This document shows, piece by piece, positions 13,481 to 26,455 of a stretch of 64,000 nt of DNA. A program made the translations under genes and the position numbers. Position 1 is the stretch's first letter. Every line of letters starts with the position of its first letter. This stretch comes from Camelus ferus (lineage: Eukaryota): positions 8,496,001 through 8,560,000 of the forward strand of contig NC_045698.1 of assembly GCF_009834535.1 (NCBI RefSeq). Direction: 5' to 3'. Below the pieces are notes generated by a model that saw only the letters and a list, made by a program, of their open reading frames with translations, did not search any database and was not told where the DNA came from.

Positions 13481-15309
13481 GTATAAGTTATAGTGAAAAC
13501 CATTTAGTACGCAGCAATTTATAATGCATCATCAGCTCTATTTAAAATTGCCAAGGAATCTTACACTTACAACAGCAACTGGGTACACTAATGTCCTATA
13601 AATCTTCACGGGTTTATAAAATAGAAATATTAAAATTAATGAGTTTGGGCAATATACAATATTGAAGTCACCAAACCATGTATATTTCTACTAATCACAC
13701 CTGTGTCTACATTTAAGTGGAAATACACCTGGATGAAATTAATGATTATAATAAAAACAATATAAAACTTTAGGGCTCATCTTTACCAAAAAAACAGATA
13801 GTGACCCACTTCTGGAATCAGTAACCATCCTAGCTCTCCTAGACACACCAAAAATACATGCTAACAGTTGTCATGGGTTTACTGGGCTACACAGACATTC
13901 CTCTTAATGCCGGAGAAATACTCAGATTCTGCAATTTACAGATCCATCACGGTAAGCTCAACAGAAACTGGAACAGACACAGTGTACTTACATTTGACTC
14001 CCCCAGTAGGAGGGGAAGTTCTAATGCATTCCATAATAAAGAGAATGTACATAATATAATATATATTCATTAAATAATAATTGTATTATTATGTAGCTAT
14101 GTAATATAATATATCTATAAAATAATATAATCATTTTGGCTGAAATTTCAAAGAAATATGCCTAGCACAGCTCGTAATTCAGTGCTCGTCACATACACTG
14201 GCTTCCCAGAACACGAGGTCGCTGTCCAACGTCCCAGGCACTGGAGTTCCCCGCAGCAGTTTCTAAAGACTTAACCATCCATCCACCTCCTACACTGTAT
14301 CTGTGCAAGAGTCTGAAACAGCGGTGTCTAAGCTTGTAAACAAAAACAACCTGTCTTCCAAAAGAGTCTCCCTAATAACATCTAAAACAAATTTCCATTT
14401 TGTATTTCTCTATTTAATCACAGATTGACACGATAAAATCTGATACCAAAAAAAAAAAAAAAATCATGCTCCCAAGCCGGTCCACACCAACTTACAACTT
14501 GTCAAGTCCCAACTCCAACTGTCACAGTCTGCTAAAGAGAAAGTCCCCAAACACCAGCCACATGCTGGCCTGCAACAAGACCTCACTTCATAGCACTGTG
14601 AAAGTGTCCACTCAAATAATGGCAATTTGCCTCCATATTGATTCCAAATACGCATCTGCCACTTCTTCACAACTTCTCAAGATACTGGAGCTCAACCACA
14701 CACTTTGTTTTCCAGAATTACTATCAATGAGCAGTCAAGGACAGAATTTCACCCTGTAAATAGATATCTATATTCCTTTGCCAGTATGTTTAACCCATCA
14801 CAGCATGGAAACTGTCATCAGTGTTCTAAATTTAAGTAGAGGACACAGAGTTTCAACTATCCTTATACAACTTTAATTGTTAGCATGAACTTGGAAATTT
14901 CAAGAATAAATCTCTTTCCTGGCCCTTAAAAGAATAAAAATAAAACAAAAACTGAAGAGAGCCATGATAATTTGGAAAGTTGCCAAGATATGTTGTCATT
15001 TTTATAGCCACAGACAAGAAATTTCTAATTTGTAAGTGACATAGTTAGACAATACACAATCTCAAGAGAAAAGTAAAACTTTGCTTAGAGAATTAAATTT
15101 AAATTATACATGTGCAAGAGGTTTTCTTTTACTCGTGGAGGTTAAACAGCTAAGAACCTTTCTTATTTTTTTATTTATATATTCATTAAATATTACACCT
15201 TGCTGGTTTAAATATCCTGGTATGTGATCAAAGAATATTTTAAACAGATGAATGAAAAAGTGATTATCAATCCCTAACCCTACTTCTGTCAATTCTTCTG
15301 TTTTCCAGG

Positions 15310-15930
15310 CTCTGTTTCTATGATTTGGGTTTCTTTTTTTTTAGATTCCACATGTAAGTGATATCACACAGCATTTGTTTTTGTCACTTAGAGTAATATC
15401 CTCAAGGTTCATCTATGTTGTTGCAATGGTAAGATTCTCTTCTTTTTCGTGGCTGAGTAATATTCCATTGCATGTATGAACCACATCTTTATCCATTCAT
15501 CTGTTGATGGGCACTTAGGTTGTCTTCTCTTCTTGGCTACTGTGAATAACGCTTCAGTGAACATGGGAGAGCAGGTATCTCTTCAATCTCATTTTCATTT
15601 CCTGATAAATACCCAGAACTGGGATTGCCGGACCATAAGGTAGTTCTATTTTTAACTTTCTGAGGACTGTCCATACTGCTTTCCACAGTGGCTGCACCAC
15701 ATTCTACTCCCACCAGCAGTGCACAAGGGTTCCCTTTCCCCCACATCCTCGCCTGTACTTATCTCTTGTCTCTTTGATGAAGGCCATTCTTTCGGTGGGG
15801 AGGTGCCACCCTGGGGTTTTGGTTTATGTTTCCCAGGTGACTGGGGGTGTTTTGCACCTTTTCATGTACTTGTTGGCTATTTATATGTCTTCTTTGGGAA
15901 AAATTACCTATTCGGTGTCTGTGCCCATAA
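15310..15930 (-). mobile_element. L1 ORF2 C-terminal/3' UTR fragment
   Basis: Contains 'tagattccacatgtaagtg...gagtaatattccattg...ttccacagtggctgcacc...cccaccagcagtgcacaagggttccc', the antisense L1 ORF2 end. Confidence 0.9.
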
Positions 15931-17684
15931 AATTATACTTTAAACTGTGGAATAAATCCATCAGACAAAAAGAGGTTCCAACCACAGAGGAACATGAGTC
16001 ATCTTTCACTCTGTAGCTTTCTGCATGGTGTTACTATTTCTCTTACAGTACTTCATCCATTGTACCAAGATTACAGATAGAAACCCCAACCCTCACAGCA
16101 AGTGCATACAGTAACTACTAATAATTTCACTTCATAAGTGGAGAACAAGGAGCCTCAGAAACAATAAACTGCAAGTCCAGTCTCAGAGGCCAGAAGTCAA
16201 CAGCGGCCGAGGATTTTAACCCAAATGTCTGGCATCTTGTCGTTTATTCTTTTGATGAGACCTCAGGATTCTCAATGTTTGAACGTAATAGTTCTTACAG
16301 ATCTGATTACAAAACAACACTCATCAGTTTCAGGGAAGTTTATTTCTTTTTTTTTTTGGAATTTTAAATAAATCCTCAGCTTTTGTCACTAAGGGTCTAG
16401 TTACTCTTGAGATCTTGAAAATAGGATGTCATTTTTTTTAAGTCACCATTATGCCGACATTTTTTAATGTTATAAAGTCTATCATGTTCTAAGAGACTAA
16501 TAAGCTTGGTTCAAATCTCCAAGGGCAAATTTTAGCAAAGCTGTTTGAAAAGAAATTTGTCTATGTGTTTGTTATTGCATGTGATCACAGTATATTTTAA
16601 ATCTCAGATATGAGTAAATAAATAGGTTTGGTACAGCTCTGACACACTGCCGATCTAAAAATGATAATATTTAACATTTTAAAATTCATTTGTACCACTT
16701 TTCTAACTTATTTTTAAAACTAATTTCTTTCGCAGTTAATTCCTTCTATGTATGAGAAGGTCTCTTTCTAGCATTAGGCGTCCCACTTTCTACTTTTTTC
16801 TTTCTTCTTTTCCTAAATATTTACAGTATCTCCCATGACCAGTAGTTACCACACTCTAATACACAAATTATTCCTGAAAAATGCCAAATGTGTTAATACT
16901 TGTTACAAAATTAGTCAATTATAAGAGTTCAAATATATAAACAAATTTAAGGAAAATGAACATAACATAAAAAGAAATTGTGGTTTTTACGTCCAGAAAG
17001 AAAAATAAAATTTCTATCACTTAGGTAGGAATTTTGTATTTTTTATGTGGCAATATTTTGGTGTTTTTATTGGTCTTTCTGGAGGGAGAGGTCTAAGAGT
17101 AAACTTGATTATAATCTGCGTTTTTATGTCTCTATATTATTGACAAACTTTCACTATCTCCAAACGATGATTGATAGATGAATTTTCAATCAAGGACATT
17201 ATTTTAAAAAGGGAAAAGAAGGGCTTTAAGTTCTAGCTAATGTCAAAACCTTATTAACCTGCAGGGGTTATTAAAAGCATAGTAACAAGCACTCGAAATT
17301 TAATTTTTTATATACAAATGTCCAAAAGATTAAAAAAAAAACACTACCCAAAGATAAACCAACATGATAGTTATTAAAAATTTCAATTATGTAAACACTG
17401 TAGGTACATGAATTTTGGTTAGAAAAACCATAAATATTCAACTACAAAAATTTTCTTTTATATTTATCTTTCCTACAATAAAGTTTCCTATCAATTAATT
17501 TCTGTGTTTCTTAGATGAAAAAGCAGTTAAAAATGTATATCAGTGTCATAATTATCCTACCAGGTACACAAAAGAATATTATCTATAAACGGATGGTTAT
17601 GAAAATGAGGAAATAGCTATGAAGTTATAGTTAAAACTGTGAGTTACAATTAAACAAATATTTTTATAAGACAGTATCATTATG

Positions 17685-17850
17685 ATATTAAAGCATACTG
17701 TGTACCAGACACTCTTCTAAGCTCTTCACCAGTACCGACTGACTCAATTAACACAACAACCCTTTTCAGCACTTCCATTATTAACCCCATTTCCCAGATG
17801 ATGAAACTGAGGTCCTGAGAGATTAACCTCCCTAAGGGATCAAGGGAAGA
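17685..17850 (-). mobile_element. MIR SINE
   Basis: Core 'cccatttcccagatgatgaaactgaggtcctgagagattaa'. Confidence 0.8.
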
Positions 17851-20800
17851 GCTATTGTGTAAAGCCTTACAGCCTATGGTTCCCAACCACAATACTGTCC
17901 TACAGATCTGTAGGATGCCTCGATGCTGATAACAATTTAAAAACTAGTTCATTAATTTAAAAATAATTAACTGATCAAAAAGTGTGCCACGTCTAGTACT
18001 AGGTATTGAGTATTGGACACAAAAGACAAATAGGAAATGGTCTCTTGCCACTTTGGAGAAGCCTCAGGGGAAAATGATGAATGTAGAGATTGGATTTACA
18101 AAGTGTGGATCTTTGCCGTAAAGAGGGAAGGTTTACAAGTCAGAATGCCGTCAAAGTGCTTATTATTTTAGTGTCCCAGTGCCTAGCACAATGGCCAGGA
18201 CATATTCTAGATGCTCTTTTAACTGGCTCTATTCTGCAACCCTTGCTGACTGGTCCCTTCTGCACTTGCGGTCAGTTGTCCACTCCAAAGCCCCCTGGGC
18301 CCTCCTGCCTTCACCCGTTGGGGAGGAACTCACCAGCAGGTAGCTGTGCTGTTTTCCAAACCCATTCATTCCATTTTATCTTGTGATTATGTTCTTTAAT
18401 CAAACATATATAAACTGATGAGTATAACTGCATCAAGAATAAAAGGCTTTTTTTAATGACTGCTTTGGTGAAACCCCTTTAAGATAACTCATCTACAGAT
18501 GCTGTGGAATTAATTTTAGATGCGATGACTATAAAGGGCTAGGGATAAATGATAAACATCTAGAAGGATTCTTCTTTCAAAACGCTCCACAAGTATCTTA
18601 GATTTTTTTTATTTACTTTAAATAACCGGCAATTGGAAATCGTAAAGGATGCAATGTGGGGAGACTGGGGTGAGGGAGGGGTCTGCAAGAATGCTCATCT
18701 AACACTCCTTCAAGCAGACCCATATTTAAATAAATAACTAAGTCCTAAAAGATTAGTGAACACAGTACAAATACATCAGAATCATTTATTTTCAAAATGA
18801 CTCTCTAATTTTTAATGATTTCTCTTACTGACTGGCCCTGATGCCTTGGTTAAGAGTTTTTCTTACTAACCAGTGTCTCAATACTTCTTTGTTGAAAGAA
18901 TGAATGAATGAAGTAGCAAGTGAATTGATAATGTTTAACCTATTCTGTCTGTTATGTGGTTATTGAGTTGGTCTTGTCATTGTGTGAGCGTTTGTTTTGC
19001 CGGAATCATTGACTTACCAGATCAATTAGTCATTTATTAAGTTAATTAAGAAACAAGTGGCTACTGGTACTTGTTGATGTCAATAATTCCACCGAAGACA
19101 ACGATGCCGGGGTTTGAAAGAATCTTTTGTTTGCATGGATTCAGCCCCTGTTCCCCTGTGACTTTCTGTCTGTGCATGGCTTCTGCATGAGGAAATGCCG
19201 CCTGATAGACTGCTTTTATGAAACAGTAATTACTCTCAGAATGATGCTAAATTTAAATTGTACAAGTGACTGAATTTCAATTTAGAATAACAAATCTACA
19301 CATCATCTTATTGGAAAATCATTATCTAATTTCTGTGTACCACATATATAATTTGCACAATTAAGAAAAAAGAAGTCTCTTAATTAACTGTTCTCTTTTT
19401 TTTTTAAATCTCTCTGAACTTTGAACATTGGATTAAAGTTTCATTGAACAAATAGGATGAAGAATATTAATCAGAAATTAATTTATAGGTTTTATTTTCA
19501 AGAGTGCATATACCTGGTCATGATTTAATCACTGTGTAAGTACCTAGAGAAAACTGAATAATGTCTTGAATTCTGATTTTATATATTTAAATCTGTATCA
19601 CGCTGCACAGATACATCATTAAATTAAAGTTGTTAGAGTTACTACAGAACGATTTAGGAATAAACAAGCTCAGAATAGATGATGAGTCTAATCTGGGTGC
19701 AAGAAACCCGCCTTCGCCACCTAAGACCTCACCTCTTGCCATTAAGCCTCAACAAGATTTAAAACCAATGTCTTCAACACACAGGATTTCATGCAAAAAA
19801 ACAACAACAAAAAAAAGTGTGGCTTATATTGGTCACCAAAAAAACTTCCAATTTAAAATTTTAATTGACCACATCAGTTAACATATTAGGCAAATTTGAA
19901 AACTGGACTCTCTCATAATTAGAAGAACGTGGGACTTGAAAAACCAAGGGACTGAGTCATGTGTAAAGTAAGTGTTACTGGCCGAATTAGTATGAGGAAA
20001 AACTGTTAATCCGCATACATATATGATTTCTAATGTGCTCAGTTAGTTATGTGAAAGATAAATTGCACCTTTTAATAGGAAAAATATATTTATATTTTTT
20101 GTTGGTACAACCAGGGGAAGCTTCCACCTGGAGTCCCCTGCAATGCTGCCATCTATTCTATTTCTTCTTGGCACGAAGCAAAAATTTCAGAAGCACATGA
20201 GCAGCCCTGGAGCAACCAGCCTGGGTGCGCAAGGACTCTGTGCCGATCTGTTTTATAAATGGGAGGGTAATGAGGCATAAAGGAATTAAGTAATATTTTC
20301 AAGGTCATTCCCTGAGTCTTTAATAGAGCAGAGAATAAAACCGTAAGTTTTGTCTATTAGATACATACTGTGGTGTCGCGAGCAAGCTTCCAATCCTGCA
20401 CTCCTGCACAATGAACCAAAAGGAAGAGCCTGGCACTGGACTACTGGCTTATGTGTGCCATGAAACACGTGCTTATCCAACAACAGAAATGATCCGAAAA
20501 AGAATGATTTCAAAAAGTAAATGAAAGATGAAATAAAGGGGCATTACAATTTCCAAATGAGACCTTACCTTAAGATGAGTGACCGCGTTCAAACATCTCT
20601 CTCCTGTGCTAGTTTTGAGCCATATGCTTTGCAATTACCTTGTAAATTTAATCTAGGGCATCACAAGTTAGGAGTTTATAACGGCCAAGAGCAGCTCCAT
20701 ACAGGAAAGACATTTTCCACAGGGGCCAGCCAACCCCAAACACTGGCCTGGGTCCTGTTTTCTCCTGCTTACCTGCGAGTTTGATTCTGAAACCACACAT

Positions 20801-21240
20801 TTGACTTTGCAAAAGAAAGAGAACTCACCCATGGAATCCTGCCTGTACGACTGCTCTTAACCTAGGGTACAGAGTCCCTATCCACCTGCTGTCAAGGCTC
20901 ACAAAAGGCAACAGAAATGGTAGAAACACACTTTTACTCAGAACTAGTATATTCTGCCCAAGTACCCAAGGCAACACTGTCCTATGAAAACACGAACACT
21001 GATTAAAACTCCTTGAGGCTGTGTCATTGTAGGACGGGGACCCTTTCTATAGCAGTCATTTGGCTTAGCACTGTCTCACCCGACGACGGATCGGCGGACC
21101 AAGGCAAGTCTTCTGTAGAAGAAGTGCTGACTTGGCTTTAATTGTCTGCCCAACGGCCAACAGACATTACAAGAGCTTCCGATGCAGGGAAACAAGAGGG
21201 AAATGACTTACATAAATGCTATTTGAGACATTTCATGTCA

Positions 21241-21291
21241 AATTTCCTCACCTAGCTTCAGATTTCATCACCTACTTCCAGATATCCTCAC
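21241..21291. repeat. 20-bp period tandem repeat, ~2.5 copies
   Basis: aatttcctcacctagcttca / gatttcatcacctacttcca / gatatcctcac. Confidence 0.75.
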
Positions 21292-21497
21292 GACAAGGAG
21301 AAACATCTTTAGTAGGCACTTTTCACGCTAAAATTGGACAATACAAACTTCAATGTGTACAGTGGAAATCTGTTGGTGTTGTGTGATACGTAGCCCTTCT
21401 CCCTGCTTTGGTTGGTTGAATCTCGATTTTTCCTGGAGGGAATTATCCATTGAGGCTGGCATGAAGCTGCCTATGTTCACAATCAAGCATTTCCATC

Positions 21498-22008
21498 TCT
21501 GGTAGGCAGAATAATGGTCCCCAGAGATGTTCATGTCCCCAATCCCCAGAACGTGTGACTATGTTATGTTACATGGCAAGAGAGAATTAGCACAGATGAT
21601 GTAACATTGCTAATTAGCTGCTCTCAATTGAGACGATCCTCCTGGATTATCTGGGTGGACCCAATGTCATCACAAGGATCCTTAGTAGCGGAAAAGGGAG
21701 GCAGGAGGGTTGGCATCAGAGGAGACGTGACAGTGGAACAAGATGGAGGAGATGTGACACTGGCTTTGAAGATGGGAAGCGGGCCACGAGCCAAGGAATG
21801 CAGGCAGCCTCTCAAAGTTGGAAAAGGCAAGGAGCCAAATTCTCCTCTAAAGCCTTCAGAAGCAATGCAGCCCTCAACGCCTTGACTTTAGACTAGTGAG
21901 GACCACTTCAGGCTCCTGACTTCCACAATTAGAACACAATAAATCAGTGTAGTTTTAGGCCACTGAATTTGTGGCACTTTGTTACAGCAGCCACAGGAAA
22001 CTAACGCA
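21498..22008 (+). mobile_element. MaLR solo LTR, MLT1D-like
   Basis: Starts 'tctggtaggcagaataatggtcccc' and ends 'gcagccacaggaaactaacgca'. The 5-bp flanks are ccatc (21493-97) and ccatg (22009-13). Confidence 0.88.
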
Positions 22009-22679
22009 CCATGCTTTCCTGGCCAGTTGTGAGCATGGCTCTTATCCACTGGGCTCCACATAGGCTCTGGACCTTAAGGAAAGCAACACAATGATTAAAA
22101 AAAAAAGTTGAATCTGATTCTGCCGATGGAGACACCCCAAAGTCACATCTACTCGTCCCTACTGCCTGTATCTTCTGGGTCCTGCCCCTCCTAATCCCCG
22201 GCTTTTGGACATTTCTTTTTCTTTCATGAGCATTTCAGATTGTTCCAACAGATAACCTTCCCCCCTTAAGAGAATCAGTGGTTCTCTGACTTGTAACCAA
22301 AGACCCAACCTGTTACAGTTAATTTAGTCCAACTACTAACCTGGTTGCAGTGATACCCACTGGTCAATTGTGCCATTAAAATTGTATTTTCTAAGGGCCA
22401 GACACTGTGCTAGACACCGAAGAGTCAAGACATTAACAGGAAAAGCAGTTTCTACTACAAAGCATTTCCAATTTAGTAGCCAGTACTGCAGATCCAATTC
22501 ACAGGAATAACTGTTATACCAAGAAAAACAAGTCTCGATGAAAAGCAAAGAACGTCATCTAAGTGGCACAAACCCAGACTGCAAATCTGTCAGGATTCTG
22601 TTGGCCACAGGGAGCTGTGGATATTATAAGATCAGTCCTCAAGAAGGGAGTTAATAAATCTCTCTTCAGGTAGGGCTTT

Positions 22680-22762
22680 TCCTTCCTTCCTCCCTTCCTT
22701 CCTGCCTGCCTTCCTTCCTTCCTCCCTTCCTTCCTCCTTCCCTTTCCTCTTTCTTCCTGCCT
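22680..22762. repeat. (CCTT)n-like polypyrimidine low-complexity tract
   Basis: ccttccttcctcccttccttcctgcctgccttccttcc... seen directly. It abuts an L2-like segment (~22770-23120). Confidence 0.85.
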
Positions 22763-23661
22763 TCAATTTTCAGGAGTTCATGAAACCCCTATTTAATGCG
22801 CTGAGCTCAGGGAACCCCAGGCAAAGAAGCAAAGCAAAGAATCTTGCAGTTCGGTGGTCCTGAGTGGGTGGCAGATGAATAAGGAGACAGTTGCTCAGTG
22901 AGACAAATGTTCTGAGAGGGCCGGGCAGGGACGGCAAGGTCAGTAGCACTCCTGGGGAACAGGACACTGAGCTGAGTCCTGCAGGACAGGCGAAGTCAGT
23001 CAGCAGGGGGCACAGGGAGGAGAGAGTTCCAGTCACAGGGAGCATGCGTGCTGGTCTGAGGCAGTAATACGTACGGCAAGACTCCAGGCTGCAAATGAAT
23101 CAGGAAAGTAGAGTGAAGGCCCGAAGAAAAGAATCTTAAGATGTAGCAGGAAAGAAAGGAAGGTCCAGGCCAGAGAATTTGCATTCTTTAGAGATTTGGA
23201 AGAACCTGGCCACAAAATAAAGAGATTTCATCCATGGGTTAAGGACCTTCGAGATAAGATTTTAATATTTTGAAACTTTCTCTCCTAAATGCAGCCTGAA
23301 AATTATTTTGAAAGAAGGTGTAGGACTTGAGGGACAGCCCAGTTATAAGGGCCCTGGGGCCATCTGTGTGTACCGCAGGCTCAAATAATGAGGTAGAAAG
23401 AAGGGCAGAGACAAGAGATGTCAGGACATCTCTTGAAGCCCATTTGATGGACATGGGTTTTCAAAATGGCTCAAAAGGGTTAGATCATGACTTTTATTAA
23501 TAATAAGTTATTAAATATTTCAACTAAAAACAATTCCTGAGACAGTAAAATGTGATTTGTCCATTGCATCAGAATAGATCCACTATACATTGTGGATTCT
23601 CCATGGTTTCTTGAAAACTAGAATCATATTAGAGATAGAAAACAAAGACTTGGGTTTTCTA

Positions 23662-23929
23662 GCAAACTTACGGTTACCGAAGGGGAAGAGTAGGGATAAA
23701 TTAGGAGTTTGGGATTTGCAGATACTAACTACTGTATACAAAAATAGATAAACAACAAGGTCCCACTGCTCAGCACAGGGAAATGTATTCAACGTCTTAT
23801 AATAACATATAACGATAAGGAATATGAACAAGAATATGTGCATATGCATAACTGAATCAATATACTGCACACCAGAAACAACACTGTAAGTCGACTATAC
23901 TTCAATAAAAAATAAAAATAAAGAAAGTG
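23662..23929 (+). mobile_element. 5'-truncated cetartiodactyl-type L1 (3' UTR only) with a perfect 18-bp TSD
   Basis: Contains 'gggataaattaggagtttgggatttgcagatac...cacagggaaatgtattcaac...tatacttcaataaaaaataaaaataa'. TSD aaagacttgggttttcta at 23644-23661 and 23930-23947. Confidence 0.92.
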
Positions 23930-26282
23930 AAAGACTTGGGTTTTCTAAAAGATGTACCATGAAGCTAGCACTATCCTATCCAATTTTGGGAAATCTTGTG
24001 GCAGTTACAGCAGGCATTTCAGCTACTTCTCTCCTGTAATGAGAACTCAAGCTACGCATTTTTATTTTTCCATTAAATTTCCATTAAATAATTAAATCAT
24101 ATTCCACTGATAAATTATTTACATATACTTGTATACTCAACACGTCACTGGCTGGTTGAGTGAAAGCACATCCCACAGGGAGAATGTCGAAAACATTACA
24201 TCGGGATAATGCCAGTTACCAAGGTATTAGTGCCAGTGGCTTAGAGGATGTTGAGGTTGTAGCCTGGGGGACACTGACTTGACCCTCGGTTTGGTCCAGG
24301 GTGTCGCTGGCAGCCCCACACTAGCCATGGAGGGAAGCCCTTTAGTCTTGTCTCCCATGAACAGACGTGCAATAACCTCTTTCTCTTCATCTCTCCTTGA
24401 AAGCTCAGTAAACGTAAAATCTCAAAACTACCGGGCAACATGTGTGCATCAGGAAGATTCACAGTAATACGCCCCCAAGGTAAGAAGAACCAAGAAACTG
24501 GCCAATCTCCGGAACAGGCAGCTGTGGCCAGGAGCGCGGTGTTTTACTGCAAGTCTAACTCAGCCCCAGGGCTGCCCAACCACACAGATCTGGGAGGTGG
24601 GGGACCATCCACACTGCTACCTGGGTGTTCGCTACTCAGTGTGGCCAGTCCACCAGCAGCATGGGCTATCACCTGGGAGCTGGAAGGAATGAGCACTGTA
24701 ACAAGATCATAAGCACACGTGAGGAGCACAATGTAGACGAGTAACATCCCCTATAGTCCCGCAGTGGACGACCCATGCAGCTGTACGTGGCAGCCCCGAG
24801 ACCAGCACTGCTGCAATACTGCTCTGATGGCAGGAAAGCCACTGACTACACAACGTCAGTTAATTGCTCAGGTGCCGGGCAACTACAGGTGTGGGGGTGT
24901 GTGTGCTGTGTCCCTACCCCTGTCTGTTCACAGGCACCCAATGAATTTCTACAATTCCATTTCCAGGAATTCAGAGCTCCTGCTTGAGCACCTTTGTCTC
25001 TAAGACAAAAGACCGCTGAGTATACACAACGCTCAAGAGATGACTTAGAAGTGAGCCTCTAACAAGAACAACGTCCCTTCCACAGTGAGTCAGATGAACG
25101 CCCATTTTTATCTTACTGTCTTCTGGTAAACCTCCAGCATGCTTTCAGCCTCTTTTTCAATATACCGAAAATGGGCTCGTCAGGGGTGCCCACCACGGCA
25201 GGCTGCCACAAGGCTCAGTTCTCCCCGAGTCTGTGCTGGTTCCCCGCTGACCAGGCACTGATGACCACGTTCAAAGGCACGTGAAGCAAGCTGGTCATCT
25301 GGCGAGCATCTGACAAACAGCACTGTGAGTTCTGTTGCCAGAATCCTCGTTGCTACCAACCCCGGCTCCTTCACTGTACATGCTTTGGATAACATTTGCC
25401 AAATTAAGTCAAAAGAAAAACATATGACAGATACAGATATTATGCCTAAGAAACTGCCCACAGTTTTACTGGTCAATTAAGAGAATATTCCAATAATGTC
25501 AGACTAAATTCTTAACTTAAAATACAAAAAATCTAGGTTGGCATTACACACTTCTTTTCTACTAATAACCCCAAATGGGGTTGGACACGTCTCGTCACAC
25601 CACATTTTTTTTTCTAATTACAGAATTAAGCATGAACAAGCACTGGCACAGAACTTCACAAAACTAAATGAACCCGGTTTTCTGTGGTCCCTCGGTCAGC
25701 CTACTGCCTCTCTGACAACCACCTCTATTACGGACATGTTGTACTAAATCACGGGCAGTGAGGGCCACCCAAAGCCCAAAGAGCCTCCTTCCAATCAGGA
25801 CGCTAATGAAGGACCAAAGAATCTGGGGCCCTAAGGATTTCCCAAGTTCATATAACCACTGAGTGACTAAGTCAGACCCTGACTGGGCATTTCGTGTTCT
25901 CAGCAGCACGCCACTCTGCATCGTGCAAACACACACCTCCTGCAGCTGACTGACAAAAACTACCTGTAGTCGTTTCTGAGGACAAACCAGTGAGTACCAC
26001 AGATGAATCGCTGAGATGCTCCCAAGAGAAGCAGATCCAAAAGGCTCCGAGCCCCTGTGTCTTCAGGATCCTAGGCTCTTTCTCTGTCTTTCAGACGTTT
26101 GGAGAATTCAGTGATGGAAAGTTGCATGGATGTATTCTGCCCAGATTTATGTTTCTGCAGGAAAGTGCTCACTCTGCTCACATAATAAAGTCAGTTTCTC
26201 TTAAAGGGGAAAGAAGAGTGTTTTTTCTATGCTTGGATTTCCATATATTATATAATGGATGTATTTCCCATCTGAATCAAAT

Positions 26283-26455
26283 CAGTGGTCTCAAATTTCA
26301 GTAGGTAACAGAATCAACTGGGGACCTTGGTAAAAATGTAGAATTCTAGACAGCATACCAGAAAATCAGATTTATAAGTTCCAAATTACTTCAGAGATCC
26401 AGGCCTGGGTTACTGCAGAGGCCACCTGCCCTGAACCTCACCTTGAAAATCCAGA
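26283..26455. mobile_element. MER5-like hAT MITE
   Basis: Contains 'cagtggtctcaaatttcagtaggtaacagaatcaactggggaccttggtaaaaatgtagaattct...caccttgaaaatccag'. Confidence 0.6.

Noticed and set aside
17898..17915. Perfect 18-bp palindrome tcctacagatctgtagga
   Set aside because: About 0.25 such palindromes are expected per 64 kb by chance (64000/4^9), and there is no supporting context.
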